Of a DNA stretch of 64,000 nucleotides, positions 19,446 to 37,628 are shown piece by piece; position 1 is the first letter of the stretch; the number at the start of each line of letters is the position of its first letter. The notes under the pieces were generated by a model. The model saw nothing but the letters and a program-made list of their open reading frames with translations, ran no database searches and was not told the DNA's origin. The stretch lies in NCBI RefSeq assembly GCF_009914755.1, contig NC_060929.1; one strand, written 5' to 3'. Origin of the DNA: the human T2T-CHM13v2.0 reference genome, Homo sapiens. The position numbers and the translations under genes were made by a program.

Positions 19446-19844
19446 GAGTTATGCTATCCAGTATAGGCAGACATGTGAGCATCCTTCAAACATTTCCATT
19501 TCCCATATTCTATTATTAGCAACTAACGATAATGTATGCAGTAATATCGCCTCAATAGGTTCACATACTTGGTGAAAGAAACAAAAAAGTGCCTCAAGGA
19601 GGGTCAAGATATTAATAACTATAATAAGGAAACACTGGAAACTACCTAAATATCTAAACAATAACAACAAGGATTGGTTATGAAGAAAATTTTACATATG
19701 CACAAAAATTACTATGTCCTCATGAAAAACAAAATAATCCGAATTTAGTTTTTAAAGTTGAAGGTATGTAAATGAAAAAAGTGGATTATGAAAATACGTG
19801 TATGGTATGTTTCTGCTAAAACTGTATTTTAAAAGTTATACAAA

Positions 19845-20400
19845 AATATTCACAGCAGCAATACTCATAATAGTCAAAATGTGGAAACAAGTTGCATGTC
19901 CATCAACTAATGAACGAATAAACAAAATGTGGTACATAAGGATGTATTATTCAGTATTATTTAGTCATAAAAGACAATGGAATACTGAAACATGTTACAA
20001 TCTGGATGAACCATGAAAACACGCTAAGTGAACGATGCCAGACACAAAAGACCATAGACTGTAGTAAGTTGATGCAAAAATAATCGCGGTTTATACCAAA
20101 TGAATTTATTAATTCAAATCGTCATCTGGCACAAACCGCGATTACTTTTGCATTAACCTAATATGACTCCATTTATATGAAATCTCTAGAATAGGCAAAT
20201 CTATAGAGACAGAAAGGTTAGAGGTTGTCCAGGGCTGGGGCTGGGGGAGATACTAGGTATGTGGGACACATGGGGAATTATTGTTAATGGGTACGTGATT
20301 TCTTTTGAGGGTGATGAACTGTTCTAAATTGATTGTGGTGATTGTTACACAACTCTGTCACTGTATAAGTTTAGAAGATATGTTATATTTCAATAAAACT
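19845..20400 (+). mobile_element. Old L1 (L1M) 3' region, host of the MADE1/MIR579 insertion
   Basis: L1 3' motifs (ATGTCCATCAACTAATGAA, AAAATGTGGTACAT, ATGACTCCATTTATATGAAAT) continuing across the hairpin. Confidence 0.7.
20068..20165 (-). ncRNA. MIR579: pre-miR-579 hairpin (MADE1 MITE-derived); miR-579-3p at about 20082-20104
   Basis: Long inverted repeat ATGCAAAAATAATCGCGGTTT...AAACCGCGATTACTTTTGCAT; the minus strand contains UUCAUUUGGUAUAAACCGCGAUU, recalled as miR-579-3p; MIR579 is known to be intronic in ZFR. Confidence 0.92.
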
Positions 20401-20848
20401 TAACATTTGTATCTTTATATATATATAAACAAATATTTGAAATATGTTTTCTCAATTCTCCTTCCCTGTAGCCACTAAAGTTTCTTTATGGACATTATTA
20501 ACATGTAGAATCTATCAAATCTTATACTTCTATCAGGTAATGTATGTCTATTTTGCTTGTTTGAAACCGAGGCACTTATTTATAATATGAAACTATTTCT
20601 TCATATGTTTAATTTATAAAAGATGCCACTTAAACATATAACTCTAATACCAAGGCCACAGTAAAATATTAGTATAGCCAGTAACAATTTTAATGCATGT
20701 CTTTCCTAGACCTAGGATCTTCCTCAAGAGTGAAAATTGGAAGTAAATAAATCTGGATTGCTTTGAATGGGAGTCACATGCTCAGAATGGCTAAGTTTTT
20801 AAGAAAGGCTGAACCACTTACCAGGCTATTAAAAGTTAAAGATATTAC

Positions 20849-20994
20849 CTCATTTCCATTCTCCAACGCTCCTCTTCTTCTCGTCTTCGCCAGTACTCCT
20901 CCTTCTGCATTTGCTTCCTCATTTTCTCTTCTTGAATCTTTCTTGCTCGAATACTAGGCTTTACTTCTACTTGCAAATCTGGATTTACTTTTTT
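20849..20994 (-). CDS. ZFR: ZFR coding exon 11 (146 bp), charged/basic region
   Basis: Acceptor TAATAG|AAAAAAGTA, donor GAG|GTAATA; [48 protein letters not shown]. Confidence 0.93.
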
Positions 20995-21262
20995 CTATTA
21001 ATATAAATAAGACATTTAAAAAACAGCAGCCCCAAAACAATCTACATGTATTTTTAATCATACAATTACACTTATTCTTTAATCATGGAGGCTTTTAGTT
21101 GCAAGTTTCCCACTAGAGAGTAAAATCAATATAATTAAGGTAAATCAGAGAAAAGATTCAAAATACATTAATAAAAATTATGTAAAAAGTATGTAACTTA
21201 GTGCTGACCAACAAAAAGTCATGAAATCCTTAGAAAAACTAATGGATATTTAATTTTACTTT

Positions 21263-21978
21263 ACATTTGACCCTTGAACAACAGGGGTTTGAAGTATATG
21301 AATACACTTACATCTATGCTGCTGAGTTTCTTCTCCCTCTGCCACCCCTGAGAGAGTAAGACCAACCCCTCCTCTTCTTCCTCAGCCTACTCAACTTGAA
21401 GATGATGAGGATGAAGACCTTTATATGATGACCCACTTCCACTTAATGAATAGTAAATATTTTGATTTTCATATTTTCTCAATAATATTTTCTCTTCTCT
21501 AGCTTACTTTATTCTAAGAATACAGTATATATGAGATACATGACATACCAAAAATGTGTTAACATAAAAATAACTGTTTATGTTATCAGTAAGGCTTCTG
21601 GTCATTAGTAGGCTTTTAGAAGTTTTTAGGGAGTCAAAAGTTATAAGCAGCCTGGAGTCCCAGCACTTTGGGAGGCCAAGGAAGGCAGATCACTTGAGGC
21701 CAGGAGTTTCAGACTAGCCCGGCCAACATGGTGAAACGTTCTCTAGAAAAATACAAAAGCTAGCCAGGCATGGTGGCACATGCCTGTAGTCCCAGTTACT
21801 TGGGAGGCTGCGGTGGGAGGATCACTGGAGCCCGGGAGGTTGCAGTGAGCCATGTTCATGTCATCGTACTCCAGCCTGGGCAACAGAGCAAGGCCCTATC
21901 TCAAAAAAAAAAAAAAGGCAGGCAAATTTTTGACTGCGTGAGGGGCCCCTGACCTCCATGTTGTTCAAGGGTCAACTG
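21263..21978. mobile_element. Tigger2-derived (MER28/Tigger2a-like) element interrupted by an Alu (~21655-21916)
   Basis: Terminal inverted repeats TTGACCCTTGAACAACA / TGTTGTTCAAGGGTCAACTG. Confidence 0.7.
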
Positions 21979-22148
21979 TAACTGTTTATAAACAGATGAC
22001 TCTAAATGTCTATGTTGGGGTTAAAAAGTTTCTTTACATATTTAAGTACTACCCTTTTACACTGTTTTAATTTTCACCTCCTCCGTGTTTAAAACAGAAA
22101 ACATGGATCTAGTACATCAATCTAGCCTAGTTAAAAACTTCAAATACA

Positions 22149-25004
<2,856 letters not shown>

Positions 25005-25692
25005 CTAGATGCTAGACACCATGCTAGGTACTTTATTTCATCTACTCTTCACAACTTTGTTAGGGAATATCCCAATTTTATAGATATCGACACTGAAGCT
25101 CAAAAAACATATATGCTCTAAAGTCAAAGTAAATAGTAGTCATATGCCACTGTATGTCTTTCTGCTAACAGCAGGTATTTATCCAGTCCCCTCTGATATC
25201 CCTTCACTCCTTTATTTTACTGAGTTTACTTTACCTGTAAAACAGCAACAGTCTTCTACTCCACTTGAGAAACCAAATGAATATATTCTGTTAAATCAGC
25301 AAACTTAATTTTATCACAAAACTGACTATTCAAAAATAAATATATTGGTTCTCTTTATCAACATTTTTGCTGCTCAGAACTTTTAAAGTTTTATGATAGT
25401 TGAAGGATGTATTACAAGAATGCTTGCTAGTAAATAGAAAGTTACTTTGCACACCACAGTGGCAATACACAGGGAAAATAATATAAAAGTTAGCAAAAAA
25501 AAAATCATTATGATGTCACTTAGGCAGGCTTAAAGGACATGCTTTCTTATAACAAAGATTCCTTTAATATTCTTTAAGTAAGCTAAATCTAAAATACAAT
25601 TAAGTATATTTAATTTTACACGTAACATATGCTCGTAATGCACTTCTTCCCTTTATCCAATTTCACAGCAATGGTATTCTCAAATCAATTAC

Positions 25693-25889
25693 CTCTTCCA
25701 CATAATCATGGCCCACTGGCTGCACATCACTCTGTAAAGCAGCAAGAGATGCAGGTGTGACTGGTTCTGACACTGTGTCTTGCTTTACTTCAGGAATCTG
25801 CACAGCAGAAGTGACAGGAGTACTTTTAACACATTCGGTTCCTTTTGTGTCTTCTGCTTTATTTCCTGTTGACTGCAGCTTATTACCAC
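25693..25889 (-). CDS. ZFR: ZFR coding exon 9 (197 bp)
   Basis: Acceptor TTTCTAG|GTGGT, donor GAG|GTAATT; [65 protein letters not shown]; absent from the ORF track. Confidence 0.93.
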
Positions 25890-28790
25890 CTAGAAAAGTA
25901 TCAAAAAGTTAAAAAAAATTTTATTTTTGTATAAATATATATACCTGATAAGACGAAAACTTCAGATAAAGTTCTTTTCTGCTAATAGTCAAACTCCTAA
26001 CTGACATACAACAGATGAGAATTTTGAAGAACTACATAAACTACTTGGCTTTTTTACCCTATTAGTGAAATACGTTTCTGAATTTTTCTCTTTTCCATCT
26101 TGGAACACCCAACACCCTCCTCATCCCCCCTCAAAGTGAATAGCAAGTACCTGAAATGGTAAGGACTAAGCCTAATTGATGTTTGTAGCCCTAGTTTCTT
26201 GGCAAGTGACTGAAATGAGTAGTATTTGTTCCTTAAAAACTGCTAACTTCCAGTTGGGTGTGGTGGCTTATGCCCTATGATCCCAACACTGTGGGAGGCA
26301 GAGGTGGGAGGATCACTTGAGCCCAGGAGTTTGAGCCTAGAAGTTTGAGACCAGCCGGGGGAACATGGCAAAACCTGGTCACTACAAAAATTAGCTGGAT
26401 GTGATGGTGCATGCCTGTAGTCCTAGCTACTTGTGGGGCTGAGGTGGAAGGACTGCTTGAGCCTAAGAGGTAGAGGCTGCAGTGAGCTGAGATCGCACCA
26501 CTGCACTCCAGGCCTGGTCAGACCCTGTCTCCAAAAAAAGTTGGGGGTAACATCTAGGTCATGCCCTACAATTTAGAAAAATTAAAAAAAGTTAAGTTCA
26601 ATGATTAGGTCTCTCTGCAAACTTAGTCCAAACAAAGTTTCCCACCAGGGAAGGAAACAGAACCAATTTAGGTTTTATCACTGTTTATTTCCTTTAACTT
26701 ATTTACAAAAGATTTTCTATTATTGTTCTAAACTGAAAGTATGAAGAACCTCAGAAACTGATGTAGAAGTGACTATAAATAATAGCTTTCATTTTTATCA
26801 TCAATTAAACTTAACACTTCAACTAACTGTCCAAGAGAATAGCATGTTAATTGTGAATCTCCTACTTTTAAACTTTTCTTTCAAAAATATTCTTAAGTAT
26901 CTACAACAATCTGGATACGGCGCTAAGTTCTGGTAATACAGTAAAGAGAAGACAATGTAGCTGCCTTTCAAGTGTCCAATTTATGGGAAGATACAAATAA
27001 CGATAATACAATGTGATAAGCACTATAAGAAGTATGGACTGAATATTGCGGAAATTTAGAAGGAGCCACCACCCTTTAACATGATCCAGTAAGGAAAGGT
27101 TTCACAAAGGGTGTGACACTTGAACTGGGATTTGAAAGAATATGAACTGGTCAGAAAGAAAAGAATGACGTTTAAAAAGAAAAAAATAGCATGTACATAA
27201 AAGCACAGCAACATGGTGTGAAAAAGGCTATGGTAAACTCAAGGAAGAGCCAGTAATTCAATATGAATTACTACACAGGTAGCATGGATGAGTTATGAGG
27301 CTGGAAAGGTAGGCATGGGTCAGGTAATGATGGGCCTTATATGACAAATGAGGACTACAGATTTTATCCTATTGCAGTGGAAGGCTGCTGAGCAGAAGAC
27401 TAACACAATAGATATGTATTTTAATGAAATAAGAGTGTGGAGAATATGTTGAGATTGGGTACAGTAAGAAATAAAGCTCCAAGGAAGAGACTTTTAAGGC
27501 CTAAAAAAGGGCAATGGCAACGAAGAAGTTTTTGTAGAAATATTATAGAGATAGAAACAAGACTAGGTAAACAGCTGGAGAAGGCAATAAAAACAAAGAA
27601 ATAATGTTAGTGGATTTTCCACTTCAGAAATCTGCAATTTTATGACATTATTTCATGGTACTCTTCTCATGAATTAATGGGTTAGAATGAGACACATTGG
27701 GAGGCATCCACACCGCCATATAAAAGATGTCCAGGGAATATTTAAAATGTGGCTGTCCAACTCAGGTGGGGGTTTTGAATTTACCAGAAAGATTTTAAAA
27801 GTCACTGCCCACATGGGAATGAATGAGACCACCCATTAATAGAGGCGGACAGTGAGACGAGGGCCAGGGTTATAATCTTAGTAACACTACCATTTAATGA
27901 ACACATAGGCAGGAGAACCAATAAGGAAAACTGAGAAAGGGGTGGATGGACACATAATTGAGAGACAGAGATGTATCTTAAGCCTAAAGGTGTAGCAGTC
28001 AACTGTGTCAAGTATTAGGAGAGTCAATAGGATGAAACTGAAAACTGGCCACTGGATTGGCAATTAGGTCTTTGGTGACTACTGAAAGCAGCTTCAGAAA
28101 AAGGCAGAGTAGAAACACTATAGCAGACTGAGGATTGGGTAGGAAGTACAGACGTAGAGAAAAAATCAGGGCCATGCGTTGTGGTGCATGCTTATAACCC
28201 AAGCACTTTGGAAGTTGAGGCAGGCAGCTCACCTGAGCTCAGGAGAATTCGAGATCAGTCTGGGCAATGTGGTGAAACCCCATCTCTACCAAAAAAAAGA
28301 AAAAAAAAAAAAAACTGGCTGTGTGTGATGGAGCACAGCTATAGTCCCAGCTACTCAGGAGACTGAGGTGGGCGGATCGCTTGAGCCCTGGAAATTGAGG
28401 CTGCAGTGAGCCAAGATCGTGCTACTGCACTCCAGCCTCGGTGACAGAGTGGGGCTCTGTCTCAAAAATGAAAAAAAAAAAACAAAAAAAACCAATCAGG
28501 TTACCTTAAGATTAGAGAAATGGGAAAAGGGTCTTTGTGTGTGCAGATCTTTTTTTTTTAAATGACTAGAGGAAGACACAGATATATCTGTATGGCTGAA
28601 GGGAAGAAACCAGTAGACGATGGAATAAAAATTAAAAATACACACACACTAGGCAGATATGTGAAGAAACAAGGTCCCAGAGAGAAGGGAGGAGGCAGGT
28701 CCAAGAACACAGGGAGAAGGGTTAGTGCTGCAATGGAGAAGAAACAACACTTTGACAGAGTCAGCAGGGACAGAGAATATCAGTACTTGC

Positions 28791-29082
28791 CAACAAAATT
28801 TATTTTGGGGGTAGATGTTTTCTTGGCAGCCATATTTGTAGGCACTGCTGATACTTTAGTGTTAGATGTGCTATTAAGAGACGAGTTTCCTGTAGTCGTA
28901 AGACCCTTCATTGAAGACGTTGCAATTGATGACGTATTCACAGTACAATTGTTTGCTGCAATGCTTGAAGGAGAGGCAGTCGGCTTTGAAGCAGATACAG
29001 CTGTTGAAGAAGTAGCTTGGCTAACAACATTTGGTTCTGTTGATGGAATGGGTTTACCAAGTTTTGTGTGTAACTTAACCAC
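28791..29082 (-). CDS. ZFR: ZFR coding exon 8 (292 bp), Ser/Thr-rich linker, GC donor
   Basis: Acceptor TTTTATAG|GTGGTT; [17 protein letters not shown]...TPKINFV; donor TTG|GCAAGT gives the phase 1 needed to join exon 9. Confidence 0.92.
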
Positions 29083-29557
29083 CTATAAAACAAAAGCACA
29101 CTTATTTGTCAGGAAACTCAAATAGATTTTGAAAAGTCTGCCTGGAACATTATAAAATGAAAATCTAAACCATGCTTTTCTTTGTTGTATTTTTTCTGCT
29201 ATATGTTTTTGTATATACACACATATACAAAACTCATTACTTTCAAGATAATCTCTGTGAAGCAAATATGCATACATATTCCATCTACTATTAGGTGAGG
29301 AAACTGAGGTAGAGAAAGATGAACAGACTTGGCTACATTAAAAATGATCACATGACAATTCCCAGTTAGTGAAATAAATGGTTTAGTTCAATTTAAAGAC
29401 AGGTCTCCAGTCTTTCCCTCTTTTAGCAATGATTATTTGATGTCACCTTTATGTATTATTAGCACATAAGCAAGGCTTATAATGCACTTAAAAGTTTTCG
29501 AACTTTGAAGTTACCTTTACCTAACCCCCTTTGAAAAAGTAAAAGATAACAGAATCA

Positions 29558-29812
<255 letters not shown>

Positions 29813-32458
29813 TCACTAATTTTCTTTACACATTAAGATTATTCAATTCTCAAGAAATCTCTAATACTCATCTAAAAATGAGACCAAAACAAACTTTTTA
29901 AGTTGAAAAAGGGCATGTGGCATTCGTTACATATGTGACATATCTATGGTTCTCTGTATCTTGTTTATCAAGAATATTATCTAACACTGAGTTACAAAGT
30001 ACTTTCATATATAGCCATAATATAAGGCAATGGCTTTCAGTTTTAAAAATTTTATCTTTTGTTGCTTATATAAATGTTGGACAGAGAATAATAGACAGTG
30101 ATCATTCCATAAAGAAATTATATTTAGTTACAGGGTTAAGATGAGGCGGGGGAGATGTGCCTATACCATTAGAAGAAAGAAAAAGTTACTGTATGGTGGA
30201 ACAAGATTCTTTACAAACAGCTATGTTTATAAAACTGACTTTTCTAATTCAGAATACATTTTGACATAGAATCTGTATTAGAATCCATGGCCCTTAAATG
30301 AATGCTTATTTAAAATACATGAGGGCCAATATGGTATATACTTGCAAGCAAAAATAGTATTATAGTTACATTAGCCAATAAATAGTGAAATTACATATTA
30401 AAAATCATTGTGAATGCACATGATTGAGGAAGGCTGTTAATTAATACGAGAGGATATTAGTAAGAACAACTGGACAGTTTTGTGAGTAGGACCAAATGGT
30501 TCCTCTGTTACTCTTTTTTTGAGATGGGTCTCACTCTGTTACCCAGGCTTCAGTGCGGTGGCACAATCTTGGGTCACCGCAATCTCCACCTCCCAGGCTC
30601 ATGTGATCCTCCCACCTTAGACTCCTGAGTAGCTGGGACCACAGGTGCCTGCCACCATGCGTAGCTCATTTTTCATATTTTTGGTAAAGATGGGATTTGG
30701 CCATGTTGCCCAGGCTGGTCTCAAACTCTCTTTTTAAAAACTGCCTCTTAAAAGACAGTTGTAAACTGACAAATAATTAGCATACAATTATATGTTCATC
30801 ATACAATTCAGAGCTGGATGGGACTTTCCTTTCATTATCTGCAGTGGCCTGAAATAGCTCCACCAAGCAGTCTGAGCCTCAATTATTTAGGGCAAGTCCT
30901 GTTATAGAAAAGTGAGGAAATAAAAGCCCAAAGAAGTTAAGGTCTCTAAATTGCCCAAGGTTATATAGCTAGTGGCAGAGCCAGGACTGCAATCTTGGCC
31001 CCCAAAAGCTGAATCAACTTACTCTTTTCCTTCTTATGTACGCATCTAGAACTCTAACTCAATCTCAATGATATTTTTCGCTAAGGCTCATTAACCACCC
31101 CCTTAAGGTACTGACACTGACTTGCAGAAATACCTGTGGCCTGTTCTTTTTGTTAACCACCCAGCACAGCAAAAATAGCCAGCCTTATATGCACTCATTC
31201 CACATGCTGCTGTTAATCTATCACCCAAGCGTCACGCTGTATACTTTCATATAAGCCAGGTAATCAATAAATTTCTTATGTCCAAGTCTGGCACTCATGA
31301 CACTAACCCCTCTGAACAGTCAACATAGAGTAGGAAATGCTCCTTAAATACTAAGACCGCCCATCATTCTTGTTCGCTTTCATGTTTACTCCAGGTCCCT
31401 GCAAACATTTCCTACCTGTGCCACACCTGCCTCCCGTCACCTCCTGCCAACCAAGCAATCCACAACAAAACTATTTCCTGCCATACTCAAAACAGGGGAA
31501 AAGAGGGTTTTATATATCTAGCCACATATATTAAAATGTTCTGTAATTTGGTATAACTCAGGGAATGTTAGAAACTGAAAATACCCCCCAAAATTCAGAA
31601 GTAGAGAAAACTAATCCAGTAAAGTAAACGTGTTACACAGGTAGGGCAAATGAGAGATGGATATAACTTGGAGAAGCTAGTAGAGAGTCAAAATTGGTTG
31701 TTTCCAAATAACATGCCTTTTATCTGCCAAGCTGTTTATCAAATTTTAATATAAAAAGTTGACACTCTTAAGCATAATAATAAGGCTGGGAGTTGAATCC
31801 ATTAATTTTAATAAATAGAATCATGTCATAATCACCCGTTTTAATGTTTAGCAACCAGAAACAATACAATACCGAAAAAGGAATAAGGGTTTTACATTTA
31901 CATGCCTCACTAATTGGTATTTTTGAAAAAGACACTTCTTTACACCTTCCTTGTTCCCGAAGTTCCTACTCCCCTTATGAGATTACAGAAATAACTAACA
32001 TACTATAAAGTATATATCAAAGTCAGTCTCATTAGAAATGCAATCCTGAAAATTATAGATTATCAGTAACCTGCTATATTAAGTTAAAGAATTTTGAATA
32101 AAGGCTTTGGCAAGTAAGTTACAGATGCTAAAAACACAACGAAATAAAAATTCAATCTTACCCAAGTCGCAATTAATTTGACTACAAAATTTTAAAACTA
32201 AATTTAAGTTTTAAAGAACAAAGTCTCTTTCCGGAAAAAAAAGCTCAATTTGCCTATTTATCATTTACAGTCACAATCATCTTTACAGTTTTTTTTTCCC
32301 TGAAAATTCTCATGCCACAATACAAGTAACTTAAAAAATGCACTGGCTAAAAGCTAACAGGAAAAAATGTAAACCTCTTTTAGTAGGCTCAGGAGTTAGA
32401 ATACCAACTACACTTAATAACCACTGAAGACTCAAGGTAAAACATACAACGTAAGTAC

Positions 32459-32706
32459 CTGTGGTCCAGCACAGCTGATCTTACAAACATCACAATAGTG
32501 AATCTGTGGTGGTTTGGGAGGCTGTTTTGGTTTCAGTTGTTTATTTTGGAATGGTGCTTTTTTAGTAAAGGTGGTCCCTGTCCAGGCAGCTGTTGCAGCA
32601 GCAGCAGCAGCTGCTGCTGCTGCCTGCTTCTGTTGCTGCTGCTGCTGTTGATAGTAGGAAGATGCAGCTGAATACACTGCTGCTTCATAACCTGAATAAG
32701 ACGTAC
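32459..32706 (-). CDS. ZFR: ZFR coding exon 6 (248 bp): polyQ/polyA tract and first half of zinc finger 1
   Basis: Acceptor TTTGTAAG|GTACG, donor CAG|GTACTT; [20 protein letters not shown]7KQA10TAAW...[14 protein letters not shown]. Confidence 0.94.
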
Positions 32707-34989
32707 CTTACAAATAAAAATCAAACAAAAATTATGTTACATACTTATAGAAGGACAAGTTAAAATTTACAAATTTAAATTAAATTAATCCTGCCAATAA
32801 AGATAGATTTACATGTGCATATTTACAAACGTATATCTCACAGAACCAGAAAAAAGCTTATTTTCCTTCTAAGAAAGTCATCAACTAGTATTTACTCAAT
32901 ATATGCCAGGTGTTATAGAGGTATAAAGACAGTGTAAAATTTGGTCCCTGCCTTGAAGAACCTTATAGTTTAATTGGAGAGATGTGATAGTGTGTTTGAC
33001 AAACTTGTCTGTTTATAGAATCTGCTAATATGTCCCCAAATAAAATCCTGTGAACAAAATTTAGGAAGTGTTGGATTTGAGGAAGAATCTGAAGTAGGAT
33101 ACTAGATAGGAAAAACAAAAACTCATGAAAGTAAGATTTGACATGCTTGGTAGCTAAGAGGACAAAAGAGATAAAAGAAGAGGAAAACATACAAATGTGA
33201 CACTAAAATCTGGAGCCCCAGTGATCAACTGATGGGCTGTGCAACTGCTAGAATCAAGAAGCTGACAGATGCTAGTCTGGGGAGGCAAGGTAAATAAAGT
33301 TTAGCAGAAGTTTGTGATGTGGAACTGAAGTTCAGATGAAAATATAGAACAACTGTTAAAGATTTAGGAATTAGGGACCAATACATTGGTTCTCATCTTC
33401 CAAAAGATGAAAAAGCATTGTGTTTTCTGGTTAAATGTATGAATTCTACCCATTTCCATTGTTCAGAGACTCCAGTGAATAAGTACATTATGCAAGCTGT
33501 TTATATAATATATACATGTTGCTTATGTTCAGTGATTTACAGATTTTTAATCTGTGAACGTGGAGACGGGGTTTCGCCACGTTGCCTAGGCCAGACACAG
33601 ACACAGCCTTGTATCTGTTTTCCTACAATGCTTTTTATAAGAAATGTACATTTGTTTGCCAGTAGTTATAGGAGAATTTAAGATGCCCTTTAACAGAGTT
33701 CCAGAATCTTTAGCCCACCTTTCAGTGCATGCTTTATTTTTATAACTAAGTAGTAAGTTATAACTAAACTTGCCTTTTATTAGTTTTACACTACCTATGT
33801 GCAAGTAGAGATTATTTTATGAATATTAAGCTTAACTTGGTGATTTTTATGGTTAAATTTGATCAGTGTTTAAAGGATACTGCAATTTCTAAACCTAACT
33901 TTTCTCATATTTAAGGATAGTGATACTTACCTTATAGATCTGTTCTAAAAACTACACTGTGTCTGGCATACTGCTTCCTGTATTGTGAACGTTTGATTAA
34001 AAAAAAAAAAAAACAAAACAAAACTAGAAGAACTATTCTTTCAGCACTGTTGGCCTCTGTTGTCCTTATTCTGCTTCATATTTTCTTAATAGATAATTCA
34101 TAAAGTTACATTTCTGTGGCATTTGTATAGTTTCTATATAGAAGAACTGAAGTCATTTGGAAAATATCTGTTATAAAGATATTATGTAAAAATCATGATC
34201 CTACTTGGTAATAAATCTAAAAACATCTTCATTATTGGTAACTGGACAATTTTATGGCATTTCTCTACAGTAAAATTTAAACTATACATGTTTTTGCCTG
34301 TAAGCTTGACAACATTTGGCTGTGAGCTTGTGTTCTTTTATCACATTCGTAAGTAATAGAGGACGTTTGTAGGACTGCCCAGCAGAGTTTATTAGTTTAT
34401 AGAAATTTTGTTTTAAGCAATTATCTCAACTGTTTTCTCAATTTTATCTGATCATATACATGCTTTATCACTGATATACAGCTACCTGTTTCTATTTTCA
34501 TTTCAGATGTTTTCTTGTCTATTATCACACTTTCTATCTTAAAACTTTATATACTATAGTAGCCTAACATAAAAGTCTAAGAAGGCTTTTCTCAAAAGTT
34601 GCCTGACTACTTTTCTCCTGGATATGTCTGGTTTTCCACGCATTTTAGCTCTCACCATTCCAATTTATTTTTCCTTCCCTATGTGTACAGACATATTGGA
34701 GTTAGGGGGTCCTAAGTCTTTCAGTATTGCAGTCTGCATTTGAGAGACCAAAAAGTTTAATTCTCTGTAAGCAGTTCTTCTGTGCTTTTCTGTCAACTAG
34801 GAATCTCTCTCAAGCTTTATATCACTCTTTGCCCATCCATTACCACTTACAGGAATAAGGAAATTTAACTGAAATATGGTGAATAGGCAGTCTACCAAAT
34901 TTCCAGAGATCTTAGTCTAGAAATGGTCAGTTTACCAGTTTTCAGGTAGGCTTATAAGTAAAATCCACAGCTTTCAAATTTAAAACGTT

Positions 34990-35541
<552 letters not shown>

Positions 35542-36928
35542 TAGCCAAGCGTGGTGGCGTGCCTGTAGTCCCAGCTACTCAGGAGGCTGAGGCTGCAGTA
35601 AACCATGATGATAGTGCCACTACACTCCAGCCTGGGTGACAGAATGAGACCCTGTTTCAAAGAAAAAGAAAAAAAGAAATCTGTGTCTATAAATTAAGTA
35701 AAAGCACAGTTTTTGAAAACTAAAATAGTTTCACTTAAAAAGTACTTTTACTAGGTCAGGCTCGTGGAACACTTGAGCTCAGGAGTTCAAGACCAGCCTA
35801 GGCAGTGTGGTGAAACCCCATCTCAACTAAAAATACAAAAAATTAGCCCGGTGTGGTGGCATGCACCGAGGCAGGATGGATCATTTGAGCGCAGAAGGTG
35901 GAGGTTGCAGTGAGCTGGGATTGTGCCACTCTACTCCAAGCCTGGGTGACACAGCAAGACACTGTCTCCAAAAAAAAAAAATGTACTTTCATTATCAAGG
36001 CCAGGCGTGGTGGCTCACACCTGTAATCCCAACACTTTGAGAGGCGGAGGTGGGCAGATTGCTTGAGCTCAGGAGTTCGAGACCAGCCTGTGCAACATGG
36101 CAAAACCCCATCTATACAAAAAATACAAAAATAAAAAATTAGCCAGGCATGGTGGCTCACGTCTGTAGTCCCAGCTACCTGGGAGGCTGAGGTGGGAGGA
36201 TCTCTTGAGGTGGAGGTTGCAGTGAGCTGAGATGGTGCCACTGCACTCTAGCCTGGGTGATGGAATGAGACCTAGTCTCAAAAAAAAAATTAATTAGTAA
36301 GCTATGATATTAGAAGAGCTGGCATATAGCTTTTAAATGTATGATACCAGAAACAAAAAAAATTAACATTTCAGTAGTAAATTCATCATGCTACAAGTCA
36401 TCATTTGGTAGGTAGCAATACTCTAGAACTCATTTTACTAAGATAAAGAGAACAGCTGACCAAAATTGTAGCTGCCAAAAATTGCAGATAAAGAACTCAG
36501 AAGCCTTAACAATGGTTTCTCTGATTTGGCAACTCTGGACTGTGTATCACATAGTCTTTAAAAAACAGATACTTTATAACTGTTCCAGAACTAGAAATTT
36601 ATCCTAGGGAAACAAGTGGGCAAATGTACAAATCTTTACATGTAAGGATGTTCTACCTAGTGCTGTTTCCAGTTTCTGTCTCATATACAACTAAATGTCC
36701 TCAAATACACACTTTAAAACATAGTACATCCATACAATAAAATACTTTGTGGCCATTAGAATGGTTTCTAAATACCACTGGCATTTATAAGAAATCATGG
36801 CTCCTGTGTGACATGGCTGACTGTGACTCTAGGGCAGGGAAAGCTCAAAGTGTATCTGTAATAACTTTCAGTGGCAAAGAGGAAAGATGTGTTCAAAGAC
36901 GAATGAGAATATGTCAAAAAGACTCAGG

Positions 36929-37628
<700 letters not shown>

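Noticed and set aside
28562-29125. 187-aa plus-strand ORF
   Set aside because: Antisense shadow of ZFR exon 8 extended into flanking degenerate repeat; no recognisable protein or gene structure
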